From: Bryobacterales bacterium
GTDB lineage: Bacteria; Acidobacteriota; Terriglobia; Bryobacterales; UBA6623
NCBI GenBank assembly: GCA_965213745.1
Contig: CBDBZZ010000058.1
Span: forward strand, 67,638-131,637
Length of the DNA: 64,000 nt
Reading direction: 5' to 3'
Position numbers and translations under genes: made by a program. Positions within the stretch are counted from its first letter, which is position 1. Each line of letters begins with the position of its first letter. Under the pieces are notes generated by a model. That model was not told the origin of the DNA, did no database searches, and was given only the letters and a program-made list of their open reading frames with translations. Shown here in pieces: positions 18,110 through 28,758 of the stretch.

Positions 18110-18895
18110 GAATATATTCACAGCCTGTTGTTCTGCATAGATTTTTCCGGTCTATCGTCGTCGGGGTGTCATTACTGCTATCACTGTTTCACTGCCGCCT
18201 CAAGCTACTCGCTGAACGGTACTGACACCTTAGCTCAGGCACATAGCTCGCTTGGGGGAGGCTTCCTGCCAATGAGTGGGCGATTCCACCATGAGGAACG
18301 GAGGTCGCTCGCGACCCCTCGGGATCGCAGACGGAGACTGCCCGGTCCCAAACAGACCGCTACCATTTGGGTAACGTGACGGTTGCCATTCGTTTGTGGT
18401 CCGAGTCACCGAGCACATCGATGTCCGAGGCCGCCGTCCGTTCGGTCGATGATAGATCACCGCTTCAGTCATAGTCCCACGCAGGTCAGCGCATGGTGGT
18501 GCAGATTTATCGTCAAAACTATTGAACCGGGAGAACGCCGCGATGGGAAACCTCGCACACTTCGGACGCCGCTACGGATGGAGGGCCGTGTCCGATCCCG
18601 AGTTCTGGCGGCAAGCGGTTATCCTCGGGACGGCGGACGCTCTCTCGATGGCGATCCTCGCTTGCACGGTTTCGCTCACGCGCGACACCACGGGGCATGA
18701 CTGGTGCGCGGTGGCCAAGCTCACGGTCGCTGAACTCGTGACGGCGCCAGCTTCGACGAGGACGCGCTGATCGAGTCTCGGAATGCGGATGGCGTCCTCG
18801 AGACCGTCAACCGTTACGGAGCAACCAATCCTCTGATCGCCTCAGGCGAAACTGGCGCGAACCAGTCCGAGACACTGCCATCTCCAACGGTCCGG

Positions 18896-20305
18896 CTAGG
18901 CCAGGATACCGTCGATCCGCTGGAAATCCCTGTCGGACGGTCCTAGGCGCTGTGACGCTCCCATCGCCTCGAGCATCGTGTTGTACACGTCTAACCCTTC
19001 GGCCCCGACATCCACGATCTGTCCAGACTTGAAGCGGCCTTGCGCACTGGAAATCGCGTGGAAGACGCCGGACAGCTCGCGCCGCACATCTGAGTGGCGG
19101 CCGTCGCCGGATTCTGTTGACACCGTCACCATGGAATTCTCGAGAGCGGACCTGCCGTTAGCGTCCCGGATCTGGTCCAGCCGCTCAAGGAAATAGGCCA
19201 CCTCTCTCAGATGCATGTGCGCATGCGCTCGCAGCTGAGGATTCCGCTCGTCGGGCTTGTAGTCATGCCACCATTCATGGCTGCAGGCCTTCGCTCCCGT
19301 CGCGTCACGCTGGACGGCGTCGTCAAAATGGAACACGGGGCGATCCCCGTAGCGGTAATCGCCCTTGATCCGCAGGCGCTCCCCGGCAGCTAGGAACGTT
19401 ACCGAGCCGAACCGGACCCGGTCGAGCTCTACCGCCAAGGCGTAGAGGTCCGCCATCAGGCGCCACTCCTCGGTCAACTCATCGAGCGCCATGTCGATTC
19501 CCTCGCCCCCGGGGTCCGCATAGCCGCCATGGGCAATCCGGGACCTAGGGGGCAGTTGTGGCTGGTCGGGCTCACGGGCACTTGCCTGGAATGCCCTCTG
19601 CTCGAACTCGCGGATTCGGTCCAAGTGGTCAGCCAGACGCGCCTTGGACCGGGCTCCCAAAGGCGAATTCATCCCCGTGAAGTGCTGGTACTGGCCAACC
19701 ACAGAGTCGAGCACGCTGCGACGGAGTCGCGCGCGTTTCTCGTTCGGCTCGCCTTCCGGGAGCTTCAGCTCCCCGAACACGCGATCGAATAGGTCTCGCG
19801 GCTTTTCCTGCATCACGGCCGCCACGGTGCCGTCGTCGTTATAGCTATGCACGTAGCGGCTGAGGCGGCTGCGACGGAAGTACGTTCCGCCTGCCAAGGT
19901 CGGAACTATTCCCGGATGCTGGCCGTCCGGATAGAATGCTTTCCGCACGACCTGGTCGATCGAAGGCCCGCCAGCAAGAGCCTCGCCGTTGGGTGGCTCG
20001 GCAGTGAACGCGCCGGAAGCACCGTCAAAGTGGGCGTTGATTCCGGACGCGTCACAGCGCACTTGGTCCACATTCCGGAGAATCAAGAGCTTGTCGGCCA
20101 ATGGTCCCAGCGGCTCGAGAACTCCGTCAAACCCCTCGGTTTGCAGAGGGGCTGGAATCCCAAGCCCGAAGAACACGTTGAATGCTCGCCCGGGCACTGC
20201 CTGGGACGACTCCGTCGCCAGCATCTCATCCAGCAGCGGCAGCCCGATGACCGCGCTGCCAGTCCCTCGCAGAACAGTGCGTCTAGTCAATCCTCGATTC
20301 CTCAT
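18896..20305 (-). CDS. DUF1552 domain protein (Tat signal)
   Basis: MRNRGLTRRTVLRGTGSAVIGLPLLDEM opening and overall similarity to the DUF1552 family. It is paired with the DUF1592-type gene immediately upstream, as is usual for this family. Confidence 0.75.
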   Translation of the reverse strand: MRNRGLTRRTVLRGTGSAVIGLPLLDEMLATESSQAVPGRAFNVFFGLGIPAPLQTEGFDGVLEPLGPLADKLLILRNVDQVRCDASGINAHFDGASGAFTAEPPNGEALAGGPSIDQVVRKAFYPDGQHPGIVPTLAGGTYFRRSRLSRYVHSYNDDGTVAAVMQEKPRDLFDRVFGELKLPEGEPNEKRARLRRSVLDSVVGQYQHFTGMNSPLGARSKARLADHLDRIREFEQRAFQASAREPDQPQLPPRSRIAHGGYADPGGEGIDMALDELTEEWRLMADLYALAVELDRVRFGSVTFLAAGERLRIKGDYRYGDRPVFHFDDAVQRDATGAKACSHEWWHDYKPDERNPQLRAHAHMHLREVAYFLERLDQIRDANGRSALENSMVTVSTESGDGRHSDVRRELSGVFHAISSAQGRFKSGQIVDVGAEGLDVYNTMLEAMGASQRLGPSDRDFQRIDGILA

Positions 20306-20342
20306 CGTCTCCTCTTGCCGGCTTTCATGAGCTAGCCTGCCA

Positions 20343-22991
20343 TCAGTGCTCGGTCTGGACCGACCGCACCAAGTCGCTCGTCACGATAGCACTGACCAGC
20401 CGCCCGTAGGTTGCGCCTCTACTCCCGACCTGCCGATGGATTTCCTCGACGGCGGCCTCGTCGGCCGTCCCAAGGGGCCTCCCAATCGCGAACTGGGCTA
20501 GCTTGCGAATAATGGTGCGTTGGAGGTCGTCACTGCGGGCAAGAAGATCGAGCATCTCGGTGAGGCTCGCAAAGGAAACCGGACCGTCACTTCCGGGAAG
20601 CACAATCTCGCCGTCCTCCCGCAGTACATTGCCGTGTTCGTCAACCTCGCTATAGCTTCCTACCCCGTTGAACTTCTCAAGGCCGAACGCGAGCGGCTCG
20701 AATCTGCGATGGCAGCCGCCACATGCGGGGCTGCGCACCCGGTCCATTGCAATGGCGCGCCGCGAGCGGCCCGGAGTCGGCGGGACGGGGCTTGTGTCGA
20801 GGCCCGGCGGCGGCGAGCCGACTTCTCCTGACAATAGATCCTCGAGCAAGAATAGGCCCCGTGTGACCATGGACGCGTCGTCACCCCCAACTGTCAGAAC
20901 AGTGCCTTGAGTGAGGAGGCCGCCGCGACCGGGCTTGGTCGCCAGATCGTAGCGCCGCAGTCCCGGACCCTCAGGCTCGAGGCCGTAGTGCGCGGCTAGC
21001 CGGGGTGTCAGGTAGGTGAACTGGGCGTTGAACAGATCGTGGAGAGGGCGGTTCTGACGCCAGACCAGATCCTCGAAGAATGCCAGCGTCTCCGATCGCA
21101 TGTCAGCCGCCAGCTGGGCATCCCAGCTCGGAAACATCTCCCGATTCGGATTCAGATTGGCGAGCCGGTCCATGTCCAGCCACTGCGAGATAAACTCCTT
21201 CGAGCGGGCGACGGCGCGGGGATCTTCCAGCATTCGCTGCACTTGGTGCCGGACTTCCGCCGAGTCCGACAGGTCGCCAGATTCGGCTGCATCCAATAAC
21301 GCGCTGTCGGGAGGAGCCCCCCACACGATATAGCCGAGTCGCGAAGCGAGCTCGTACGGATCGGCCGGCCAAGCTGTCCCGTCGCCAAGCTGCTGCTCGA
21401 CGCGATAAAGGAACCTAGGCGACTGGAGCATTGCCTCCAGAACATGGCGGGCCGCCTCCTCGAACGTGCCCCCTAATTCCGAGACCGACTCCGCAAGGGT
21501 CAGATAAAGCTCGATTTCGATTCCCTCGACAGGGCCTCGCAGGACGCGCCTGCCCATGTTGCGGATCTGCTTGACTCCGAACGCCAGGCCGGGGCCTGCA
21601 AGTTCCCGGACATCGGCATGCGCGGCCGCTTTCCGGGCGAGCCTCGCGTATGCCTCGACATGCCCCAGATCCACCGTGAGGTTGTATGCCGTGTTGTTGA
21701 ACCCATCCGCTCGAAGGTCCGGGGGCAGGAGGCCGCGCGCATCGTCCGAGAGGTCGAGCCCGGTCAGGCTGCGAATCGTTTCGAGATATTCGCTAGCGGT
21801 CAGGCGGCGGATCCAGCCGGTGCCCGAGGAGCCTTTCTCAGCGAAGCCCACCGCCTCGAGCGGCCCGTCCGGCCACTCGGCGCCACCGTCAATCCATTCG
21901 CGGAGCACTCGCTTTTCAAGGTCGGAAAGCGGAGCCCGGTTCTGCGGCATGGAGTCTGCCATGACCATGGTCCACACCAAGCTCTTGGTTGCGGCTCCCG
22001 GCACGATGGCCGGGCCGTGATCGCCGCCGCCCAGGGCCGATTCCCTGCGCGAAAGGTCCAGGCCCCCTTGCCTTACAGCCGAGTCATGGCAATCCAGGCA
22101 GCGGCGTGCCAGCAGCGGCCCGATCTCGCTTTCGAAGAAGCTCTCGGCGACAACGGACTCTCTCGCCACTGCGCGGCCCGCTGACGGGCCGACCTCGAAG
22201 TTCCTTGCGACCTCGGTCGGTGCCAAGTCACGTGCATAGATCGCAAGCAAGTGGATTGTTCCCAGCCAGGGGCGCCCTCGCCGGGAGTCGTTCGCCAAGG
22301 TCAGGTTGGTCTTTTCCCAGTCCAAGACGCCTCCTTCCACCATCTGCTCCCGCGCCAGCTTGCCATCGAGAAAAATCCGGGCTCGTCCACTGCGGTCCCG
22401 TGTGAACACCACTTGCGCAGGGCCGGACCCACCCCTGTTCGCCAGTGCGCTCAGTTGCGGCGGGTCAGCGCGTCCGGTCCGAGAAGTCCGGAAACGCGCC
22501 AGAATGAATTCGCCGTCCTGGCTCAACTCGAAGTTTCGCTGGTCCGTGCCATTCGACATGGCAAGTATGCAGGCCGATCCGGCCGAACGATCTCCAAGCG
22601 GTTCGATCCAGGCCTCGACCGTGATCTCGCCTGAGATACGGACGAGATCGGAAATCTTCGCGAGGCGGTCCGTGGAGCGGATCCTGGCAGGACTCTGGAT
22701 CGCAAGGGCATCCTGTGCCCATCGCACGGTTTCGGCTGAACTGATCTCGAGGTCGGCAGGTTCCTTGAACCCAGAGAGGTCGCGCACCCTGTCGCCGCCT
22801 TCGGATCGGAAGTCGTAAAGCGCAACCAAACCGCTGCTCACTCGCTCCGATCCGTCGTGAAACTCAGGAGCCGCCCAGAGGACCGACAGCCCAGCCAGGC
22901 TGGTGTCGAGAGCGAGAGCCAGCAGGGTTACTGCGAGATTCGATCTCGGACGGGTCGACCTTGCGATAGCGCTGCGAGCGAACGCATGCAT
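20343..22991 (-). CDS. DUF1592/DUF1588/DUF1585-type protein with a cytochrome-like CxxCH motif and an N-terminal LamG-like region
   Basis: 882-aa ORF with CLDCHDSAVRQGGLDLS and CGGCHRRFEPLAFGLEKFNGVGSY blocks typical of the PSD/DUF158x-159x architecture. It is the canonical partner of DUF1552. Confidence 0.75.
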   Translation of the reverse strand: MHAFARSAIARSTRPRSNLAVTLLALALDTSLAGLSVLWAAPEFHDGSERVSSGLVALYDFRSEGGDRVRDLSGFKEPADLEISSAETVRWAQDALAIQSPARIRSTDRLAKISDLVRISGEITVEAWIEPLGDRSAGSACILAMSNGTDQRNFELSQDGEFILARFRTSRTGRADPPQLSALANRGGSGPAQVVFTRDRSGRARIFLDGKLAREQMVEGGVLDWEKTNLTLANDSRRGRPWLGTIHLLAIYARDLAPTEVARNFEVGPSAGRAVARESVVAESFFESEIGPLLARRCLDCHDSAVRQGGLDLSRRESALGGGDHGPAIVPGAATKSLVWTMVMADSMPQNRAPLSDLEKRVLREWIDGGAEWPDGPLEAVGFAEKGSSGTGWIRRLTASEYLETIRSLTGLDLSDDARGLLPPDLRADGFNNTAYNLTVDLGHVEAYARLARKAAAHADVRELAGPGLAFGVKQIRNMGRRVLRGPVEGIEIELYLTLAESVSELGGTFEEAARHVLEAMLQSPRFLYRVEQQLGDGTAWPADPYELASRLGYIVWGAPPDSALLDAAESGDLSDSAEVRHQVQRMLEDPRAVARSKEFISQWLDMDRLANLNPNREMFPSWDAQLAADMRSETLAFFEDLVWRQNRPLHDLFNAQFTYLTPRLAAHYGLEPEGPGLRRYDLATKPGRGGLLTQGTVLTVGGDDASMVTRGLFLLEDLLSGEVGSPPPGLDTSPVPPTPGRSRRAIAMDRVRSPACGGCHRRFEPLAFGLEKFNGVGSYSEVDEHGNVLREDGEIVLPGSDGPVSFASLTEMLDLLARSDDLQRTIIRKLAQFAIGRPLGTADEAAVEEIHRQVGSRGATYGRLVSAIVTSDLVRSVQTEH

Positions 22992-23138
22992 GGGCAGTTA
23001 TTATGACATCCTGAAAATCCGCACCCCGGTCGTGTCCCCCGACGTGGTGTAGGGGCAGAGGCTTCCACTGGCAGCTAGGCGGCAGGGGCCCGCCACCGCC
23101 AGACTCGTGGCGGTCGCTGCGACGGGCTCCTGCCACCC

Positions 23139-23349
23139 AGCCCGAACTTCCGGTTGTTTTGCGGGTGATCTTGCCCGTAAGCCATTGTTTTTTAATAAGT
23201 TATCGACCATGTGCGCTCATGAACCCCCCCCTGCAATATGGATGATAAATTATATATACTGATGTTTTCCTAGGCAATTGCACGAAAAGGCTCCGCAAGC
23301 CCTTGATTCTATTGGTGCTTTGCTGGCAATTACTTCTGGCAAAATTAGT
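23139..23349 (+). mobile_element. Orphan IS left-end region (repeat modules R1 and R2)
   Basis: R1 (23139-23210) is about 85% identical to 52438-52509. R2 (23258-23349) recurs at 27802-27892 and, inverted, at 28759-28849. The region is AT-rich and has no adjoining intact transposase. Confidence 0.6.
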
Positions 23350-23811
23350 AGTGGCCCAGGTCGTCAAGCTGAAGGGATCTGCCCGCCGATGATATGAGTG
23401 ATCAAGAACCTTATACGGACACCTGCAACCTGAGGATTCGCATCGTTCTCCGAGTTTGTCTCCGATGCGCACTGCGGCTGACCACCTGCGTTCGTCCGCG
23501 AACACGATGCGCTCGATCCCGCAACACTGCCGCACCATGCGGCTCCGCTCCTCCACCGCGCCATGGATCGGCCGTACTGCTGACGAACAGCGCGTCATGC
23601 GCTGAACAAGCCGGGCGCGGCACGGTCGCCGGGCTGGCCTTGTTGCAACCCCGAAAATGATCGCCGCCGGGCAGGCGCGGAAACCTTGCCTAGCTGCTTG
23701 CACAGGACGCCTCGGCACCGCTCGCTGATTCTCGTTCTGCCCGTCACCGACCCCTGGCTCGCATCGTCCAAGGGTCGGTCGGGTCTTGAACCGAACGTAT
23801 GGGCCCGGCGC

Positions 23812-26800
23812 TTAGAAGTCGATCCGAAGGCCGAACTCCATAACGCGGCGGCCCCCGGTCGCGTTCGTGACGATTCCGAAGTTACCGCTACCCACTGAGT
23901 TGTTCGGCAGATTGAACTGCGGGGTGTTCGTGAAGCTATACATTTCTGCACGCAGCATCGCCCGCCAACTCTTGTCACCAGTCGTCCAGCGGAAGTTCTT
24001 CGCGAACATCACGTCGAAATCGTACAAAGCCGGACCTCGGATACCCGGCAATGAACGCGAGGCGTTCCCTAGGGTGAAACGGTCTGGAACGGTGAAGGCA
24101 TCCGGATTGAGCCACTGTAAGCCGTACACGTTGTTCGCAGGCACTCCTTGGGTTGGCGACTGGAATGGCGCACCTGTCACATTCGGCCGCAATACATGGC
24201 CGGCAGTGAAATCCCCCTTGAGATCCGCCCCGCCATCGACTGTTGCACCAATGTAACCACCGCTCTGCAAAGTCGAAATCGTCGACATCTGCCATCCTCC
24301 GAGAATCGCGTTAACGACCTTCGACCAACTGCGGCCCCAGCGCATGTTGTGCCCGAACGGCAATTCAAAAATCGGCGCAAGCACGAGCCGGTGCGGGAGT
24401 CGGCTAGCGGAACTGGCACGCTCGTTCCGCAAGTCATAGACGGTCTGAGGATAGAAATTGGTGCCGAAAGTGTCGGCATTGCCGATGAAGCGGATATTGT
24501 CTATCCACTGCACGTGCGTGTAGGCGACTGTCCAACCGAGGCCATTCTGATAGCGTTTCTCGGACTTGAATGTCCCGGCCCAATAGTTCGAGATGCCCCA
24601 GTTCGGCGACATCAATTGAATCTGATCTGCCGTGCCTTCCCACGCTTGCCACGGAAGGAAGCTCTCCTGTTCGGCGGCACTGAGGCCGGGAGCGTTTGCA
24701 GCGGCGTAGTCCTTGGGATGAAGCTGGTTGATGTTGATGTTGTTGAAGTTCTGATGCCGCGCTAGCGAGGCCATCCCTCCGAATTCCCAAAGCACTCCCT
24801 TCCAGCGAGTTTGAAGCGTTAGGTTGAAGTTCTGCGAATAGGGCAGCTCCCGGCCTTGGTTCCAGTACTGGATCCTAGAAGTCGCGAACCTAGTGCCGAC
24901 AGACCCAAATCCGCCGTGCAACTCCTGTTCCGGGATATCGTCCAAGGCTCCAGCTGGCAGCCCGTCACGTAAGTAGCTATCGATCCCGGCACGCCGAGCG
25001 AAAATGTTGTCGAAGCCCGCCCGCCCAGGCTGGATCGAATTCCGGTCGTAAGGATTTCCGTAGAAGATTCCGAACCCGCCACGAAGCACCATAGAAGCAT
25101 CTTGCTTCAATTTCAACGCAAATCCGAATCGAGGCGCGAAGTTGTTCTTGTCCCAGTTCCACAAGTACTTGCCGGTTCCGTCCCTGTTCGGGAACAGCAC
25201 CCTGCCGATCGCTCCTTCGGGAATTCCGTTCTGCCCTGCCAAGGGATGCGGACAGTACTCGCAAAAGCCGTTCATCCGTCCGCCCACTTCGTAAATCGGC
25301 GTCTCGGTCTCGTACCGCATTCCGATGTTGAGAGTTAGTCGCGGGCTGACTCTCCAGTCGTCCTGAAAATAACCGGACCAGTACTTGATACGCTTGCCAA
25401 TCGGGGCCGCGACACGGGCGTTGAGATTCCAAACATGCCCAAGCAGAAAGTCCGCAAGTCCAATTCCGGTGTTGACGTTCCCACCGCCACTCGCTGGCCA
25501 GTTCCGCGTGAACGCTCCGTTGGAATTCCAGTTGCCGGACGGCTGCGGACGAGCGAGTTCGTTGCCTTGGTAGGACGTGTACTTTCCTCCGAACTTGAAT
25601 GTGTGGTTGCCTTTGATCTTGGTGAAGTTCGCTTCGTAGTCGAAGTTCGTGAACGCTGCTACGCGTCTTGCGTACCCGCCTCCGACGGCCGTCATCGGGA
25701 CGCGGCCGCTGAATGCCATCCTTGGGAAGGCCTCGCCGCCCTTCTCCATGCCGGGAATGCCCAGCAATTCGGCGTAGTCCGTTTCGCAGCAGTCACCCTG
25801 CGTGTTGAAAAGATGCACGCGGTTGAAGCCCACGATCGCCGCGACGAAAAAATTCGGGCTGAACATGTAGCTGTTGTGCAGGCCCCAGTTCTGGCGCCTC
25901 TGCTTGCTCGTACTGCCATTGAGATCGGCAACGCCATACCCTTGGGTGTAGCCGTTGTTAACCCAAGTGTCACTCCAGATCGTGCGCAAGTACGCACGCC
26001 AGTCATCGCTGAAATTGTGGTCAATCCTGCCTACGTGGTAGTGACGGTCAGTATTGAGCGCCACCTGCTCGCTCCAATTTCCATTGTTATTGGCCAAGTT
26101 ATTCGGTGTCTTGTTCGGGTTCGGCAGGTAGCTCAGCACCTTGACCGCGACGGGATCGAACCGCGCCGTCGGAATCAGATTGTTTGGGAATGGATCGGCG
26201 AGTCTCGGACGGACGAATGAACCCGCCTTCCGGGTCATCGGATCGAAGATCGGCACAAACCTGGGGTCGCCGCCTGCATTCCGTGTGGCGGTCGAGAAGT
26301 CCCCGCTCCGCCATTCGGGCAGCCCCACGCTACGGATGCGATTAACGTCTCTCGGATTCAAGAAAAAGTCGAAAGTGTAAGCGTAGAACGTCTTGTTCTT
26401 CACGATCGGCCCACGGACACCACCACCACCACGGTTCTGGCGGAGCTTCGGCTTGGTTGGATTCTCGTTGCGCTTGTTGTTCCAACTGATCGCGTCGAAT
26501 ATGTCATTGCGGATGTAGTCGTACATCACGCCATGGATCTCGTTGTTGCCGCTACGCGTCACGGCCTGGACCACCCCTGCCGAGCTTCGTCCGTACTCGG
26601 CACCCATCGAGTTGACTTCCACCTTGAACTCCTGCATGGCTTCCATGGGCGGAACCATCTCAATGTTTTGGACTCCCAGACCGCCTCGAGTGTTGTTGAT
26701 GCCGTCGATGAACGACCCGGCGGAACGAGTACGCCCGCCACCGATGGAGATGTTGCCGTTCCTGGACCGATAGGCGCCGGGCACGAGATTGACTAGATTG

Positions 26801-27297
26801 AAAATGTTCCGCCCAGCCAGCGGCAACTCCATCATCTGCTCGTGCTGGACGGTTGATCCCACCGAGCCGGACGTAGTCTGCACCTGCACTTGGGCGGCGT
26901 TTACCTCGACTACCTCCGTCACCGCACCGATCTCAAGCGCGAATGACTGCTGGATTTCGGAATTGGCGTTCAAGCGCAGCCCGAGGACCTCGGCGCGCTT
27001 GAACCCATCCGACTCCGCGGCGATGTTGTACTCTCCGAATGGTACGTTCGGAACGTAATACACGCCGTTGATCCCCGTCTCGGTCTCTGTCGCGACACCG
27101 GTCTCGATGTTCGTGATCGTGACTGTCGCTCCCGGTATGACCGCACCGGTGGCGTCGGTCACCGTGCCGTTGACTGTTCCGCCCGATCCCTGGCCCCACG
27201 CAAGCGTGGGAAGCATCAGCAGTACGAGCCAAGTCTTGCCGGCCATCCTAGAGCTCTGCTCTTGGCGTTTCATTCTTTTCCTCCTAGTGGGGTCCAT
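23812..27297 (-). CDS. TonB-dependent receptor with an N-terminal carboxypeptidase-regulatory-like domain
   Basis: 1161-aa ORF with a signal peptide. The CarboxypepD_reg pattern is GTVTDATGAVIPGATVTITNIETG...YYVPNVPFGEYNIAAESDGF. There is a plug region, and the beta-barrel ends in the terminal ...EFGLRIDF. Confidence 0.85.
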   Translation of the reverse strand: MDPTRRKRMKRQEQSSRMAGKTWLVLLMLPTLAWGQGSGGTVNGTVTDATGAVIPGATVTITNIETGVATETETGINGVYYVPNVPFGEYNIAAESDGFKRAEVLGLRLNANSEIQQSFALEIGAVTEVVEVNAAQVQVQTTSGSVGSTVQHEQMMELPLAGRNIFNLVNLVPGAYRSRNGNISIGGGRTRSAGSFIDGINNTRGGLGVQNIEMVPPMEAMQEFKVEVNSMGAEYGRSSAGVVQAVTRSGNNEIHGVMYDYIRNDIFDAISWNNKRNENPTKPKLRQNRGGGGVRGPIVKNKTFYAYTFDFFLNPRDVNRIRSVGLPEWRSGDFSTATRNAGGDPRFVPIFDPMTRKAGSFVRPRLADPFPNNLIPTARFDPVAVKVLSYLPNPNKTPNNLANNNGNWSEQVALNTDRHYHVGRIDHNFSDDWRAYLRTIWSDTWVNNGYTQGYGVADLNGSTSKQRRQNWGLHNSYMFSPNFFVAAIVGFNRVHLFNTQGDCCETDYAELLGIPGMEKGGEAFPRMAFSGRVPMTAVGGGYARRVAAFTNFDYEANFTKIKGNHTFKFGGKYTSYQGNELARPQPSGNWNSNGAFTRNWPASGGGNVNTGIGLADFLLGHVWNLNARVAAPIGKRIKYWSGYFQDDWRVSPRLTLNIGMRYETETPIYEVGGRMNGFCEYCPHPLAGQNGIPEGAIGRVLFPNRDGTGKYLWNWDKNNFAPRFGFALKLKQDASMVLRGGFGIFYGNPYDRNSIQPGRAGFDNIFARRAGIDSYLRDGLPAGALDDIPEQELHGGFGSVGTRFATSRIQYWNQGRELPYSQNFNLTLQTRWKGVLWEFGGMASLARHQNFNNININQLHPKDYAAANAPGLSAAEQESFLPWQAWEGTADQIQLMSPNWGISNYWAGTFKSEKRYQNGLGWTVAYTHVQWIDNIRFIGNADTFGTNFYPQTVYDLRNERASSASRLPHRLVLAPIFELPFGHNMRWGRSWSKVVNAILGGWQMSTISTLQSGGYIGATVDGGADLKGDFTAGHVLRPNVTGAPFQSPTQGVPANNVYGLQWLNPDAFTVPDRFTLGNASRSLPGIRGPALYDFDVMFAKNFRWTTGDKSWRAMLRAEMYSFTNTPQFNLPNNSVGSGNFGIVTNATGGRRVMEFGLRIDF

Positions 27298-27439
27298 GCA
27301 TCATCGGCATCCAGCCTGACGAAGTAGTCAGCCTCCTCGCCAAGCGAAGACTGCCGCAGCATCCTACCGCAGCTATAAAGAACAAGTCAATTAGATTGCC
27401 CACCAGTTCACGATTGATTTTTTTGCAGGTCAGGAGCCT

Positions 27440-27800
27440 GTTGCGGCGGCGCGTCGACTGCTGCGGTGCGGGTCGGCTGGCCGCTGAGACTCAGGTCCTA
27501 GGCTGTGCTCGCGTCCGGCTGCCTTCCGGGCGCTCCGCAGCGGTCCCGGGGCCAGCGCCAGCGCCAGGTTGTGCAGCGCCGCGTTGCCGGCCGGCCGGGG
27601 CCCGTGCGGCTGCGGCTGGCCGGGGGCAAGCCCGTGGCGTGGTCGACCAGCGAGACCGTCTCCCAGTGCTCGCCCTGCGGGGCCAGCCGGTTCGCCCCGC
27701 GGAGGCGCGGGCAGCGCACCGCCGTCCAGCGCTGCCCCCCACGCTCCAGCCCAGCCGGGTCGACCCGCGCCAGGACCCGCTGGAAGGTCGGGTCCGAGGG
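27440..27800 (-). pseudogene. ISAs1-family transposase fragment (frameshifted)
   Basis: SDPTFQRVLARVDPAGLER..QRWTAV resembles the SHDTFGRVFARLDPE.FE.CF..W block of ISAs1 (H-repeat) transposases. The downstream blocks are only recognisable across frame changes. Confidence 0.4.
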
Positions 27801-27801
27801 T

Positions 27802-27892
27802 ACTGATGTTTTCAGAAGCAATTGCACGAAAAGGCACCGCAAGCCATTGATTCTATTGGTGGGTTGCTTGCAATTGCTTTTGGCAAAATTAG
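27802..27892 (+). repeat. R2 AT-rich repeat module, copy 2
   Basis: ACTGATGTTTTCAGAAGCAATTGCACGAAAAGGCACCGCAAGCCATTGATTCTATTGGTGGGTTGCTTGCAATTGCTTTTGGCAAAATTAG. It aligns along its full length with 23258-23349 and with the reverse complement of 28759-28849. Confidence 0.9.
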
Positions 27893-27896
27893 CACC

Positions 27897-28705
27897 CCGG
27901 AAGCTTGCGCACGCCGGTCCCCCGGGCAGCCCAGCGCCTGCCAGTCCTCTGGTGGCCAGGCCTTGGCGCACGCTTGCGGCTGCCGCCCGCCGGGCCAGCC
28001 GCAGATTTCCGCCAGCGCCAGCAGGCTCAGGACCACGCCCAGCGGAGGCTGCAGCGCCGGCCCCCGACGCGGGCCTGGCTGCTCCCGCTCGAACGCGTCC
28101 CACCGCAGCGGATCCAGCAGTAGCGTCTGCACCTGCCCCGCCTGGTCCGTGGAGCGCCCGTTGGAACGCCCGCAGCCCCGGCTGTGCCCCACCTCCAGCC
28201 CGTGCGCCGCCTAGTCCACCGTGCCTCGCAATGGCTCGGCCCCCTCCCCCGCACGTCTCAACCCGCTCCAGGGCGGGCCCCACTCCGCCTGCCCGTCCGC
28301 GCGCAGCCGGCGCAGGTGGGCCCCCAGTCCGGACATGCCCCGGTGCGCCACACCGCGCCCGCCTCCAGCACCAGGAATTGGGTGTTGTGCGCCACCAAGT
28401 GGAGCCGCCGGGACAGCAGCTCCCGGGATCAGCTCCCCTACCTCTCGCCCGGCTGGCACTCGAACCCGCCCGGCTGCCAGCCCCCCGGGACCGGCCACCT
28501 CCCGCGCACGACTGGGAGCTGCGAGCGTGCCGCTCGTCCAGCAGACGATCCCCCTCCGGCCGCTCAGGCGGCCGTGCCCGATGCACTGACCCCTTGTGCA
28601 TATGGGCGGGCAGGGCTGCCCTGCCGGGATCCTCCCTGCCCCTGACCAGCAATCGATGCCAAAAGCCAGCCCCTGCGCCGCACTCCTGTACGGCCTGCAT
28701 CCTAG
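27897..28705 (-). mobile_element. Decayed IS1182/IS5-like transposase remnant (copy C, N-terminal module only)
   Basis: It shares with copy A the 5' module (28645-28705 versus 3826-3885, and RELLSRRLHLVAHNTQFLVLEAG / RELPFRGLHLVVRNPRLLVLEAC up to HLRRLRA), then diverges. There is no intact ORF. Confidence 0.5.
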
Positions 28706-28758
28706 GCTCAAAAAATCAGCCGTGGATACCAGAGTGGACTGACGAAATGTTGTTCTTA

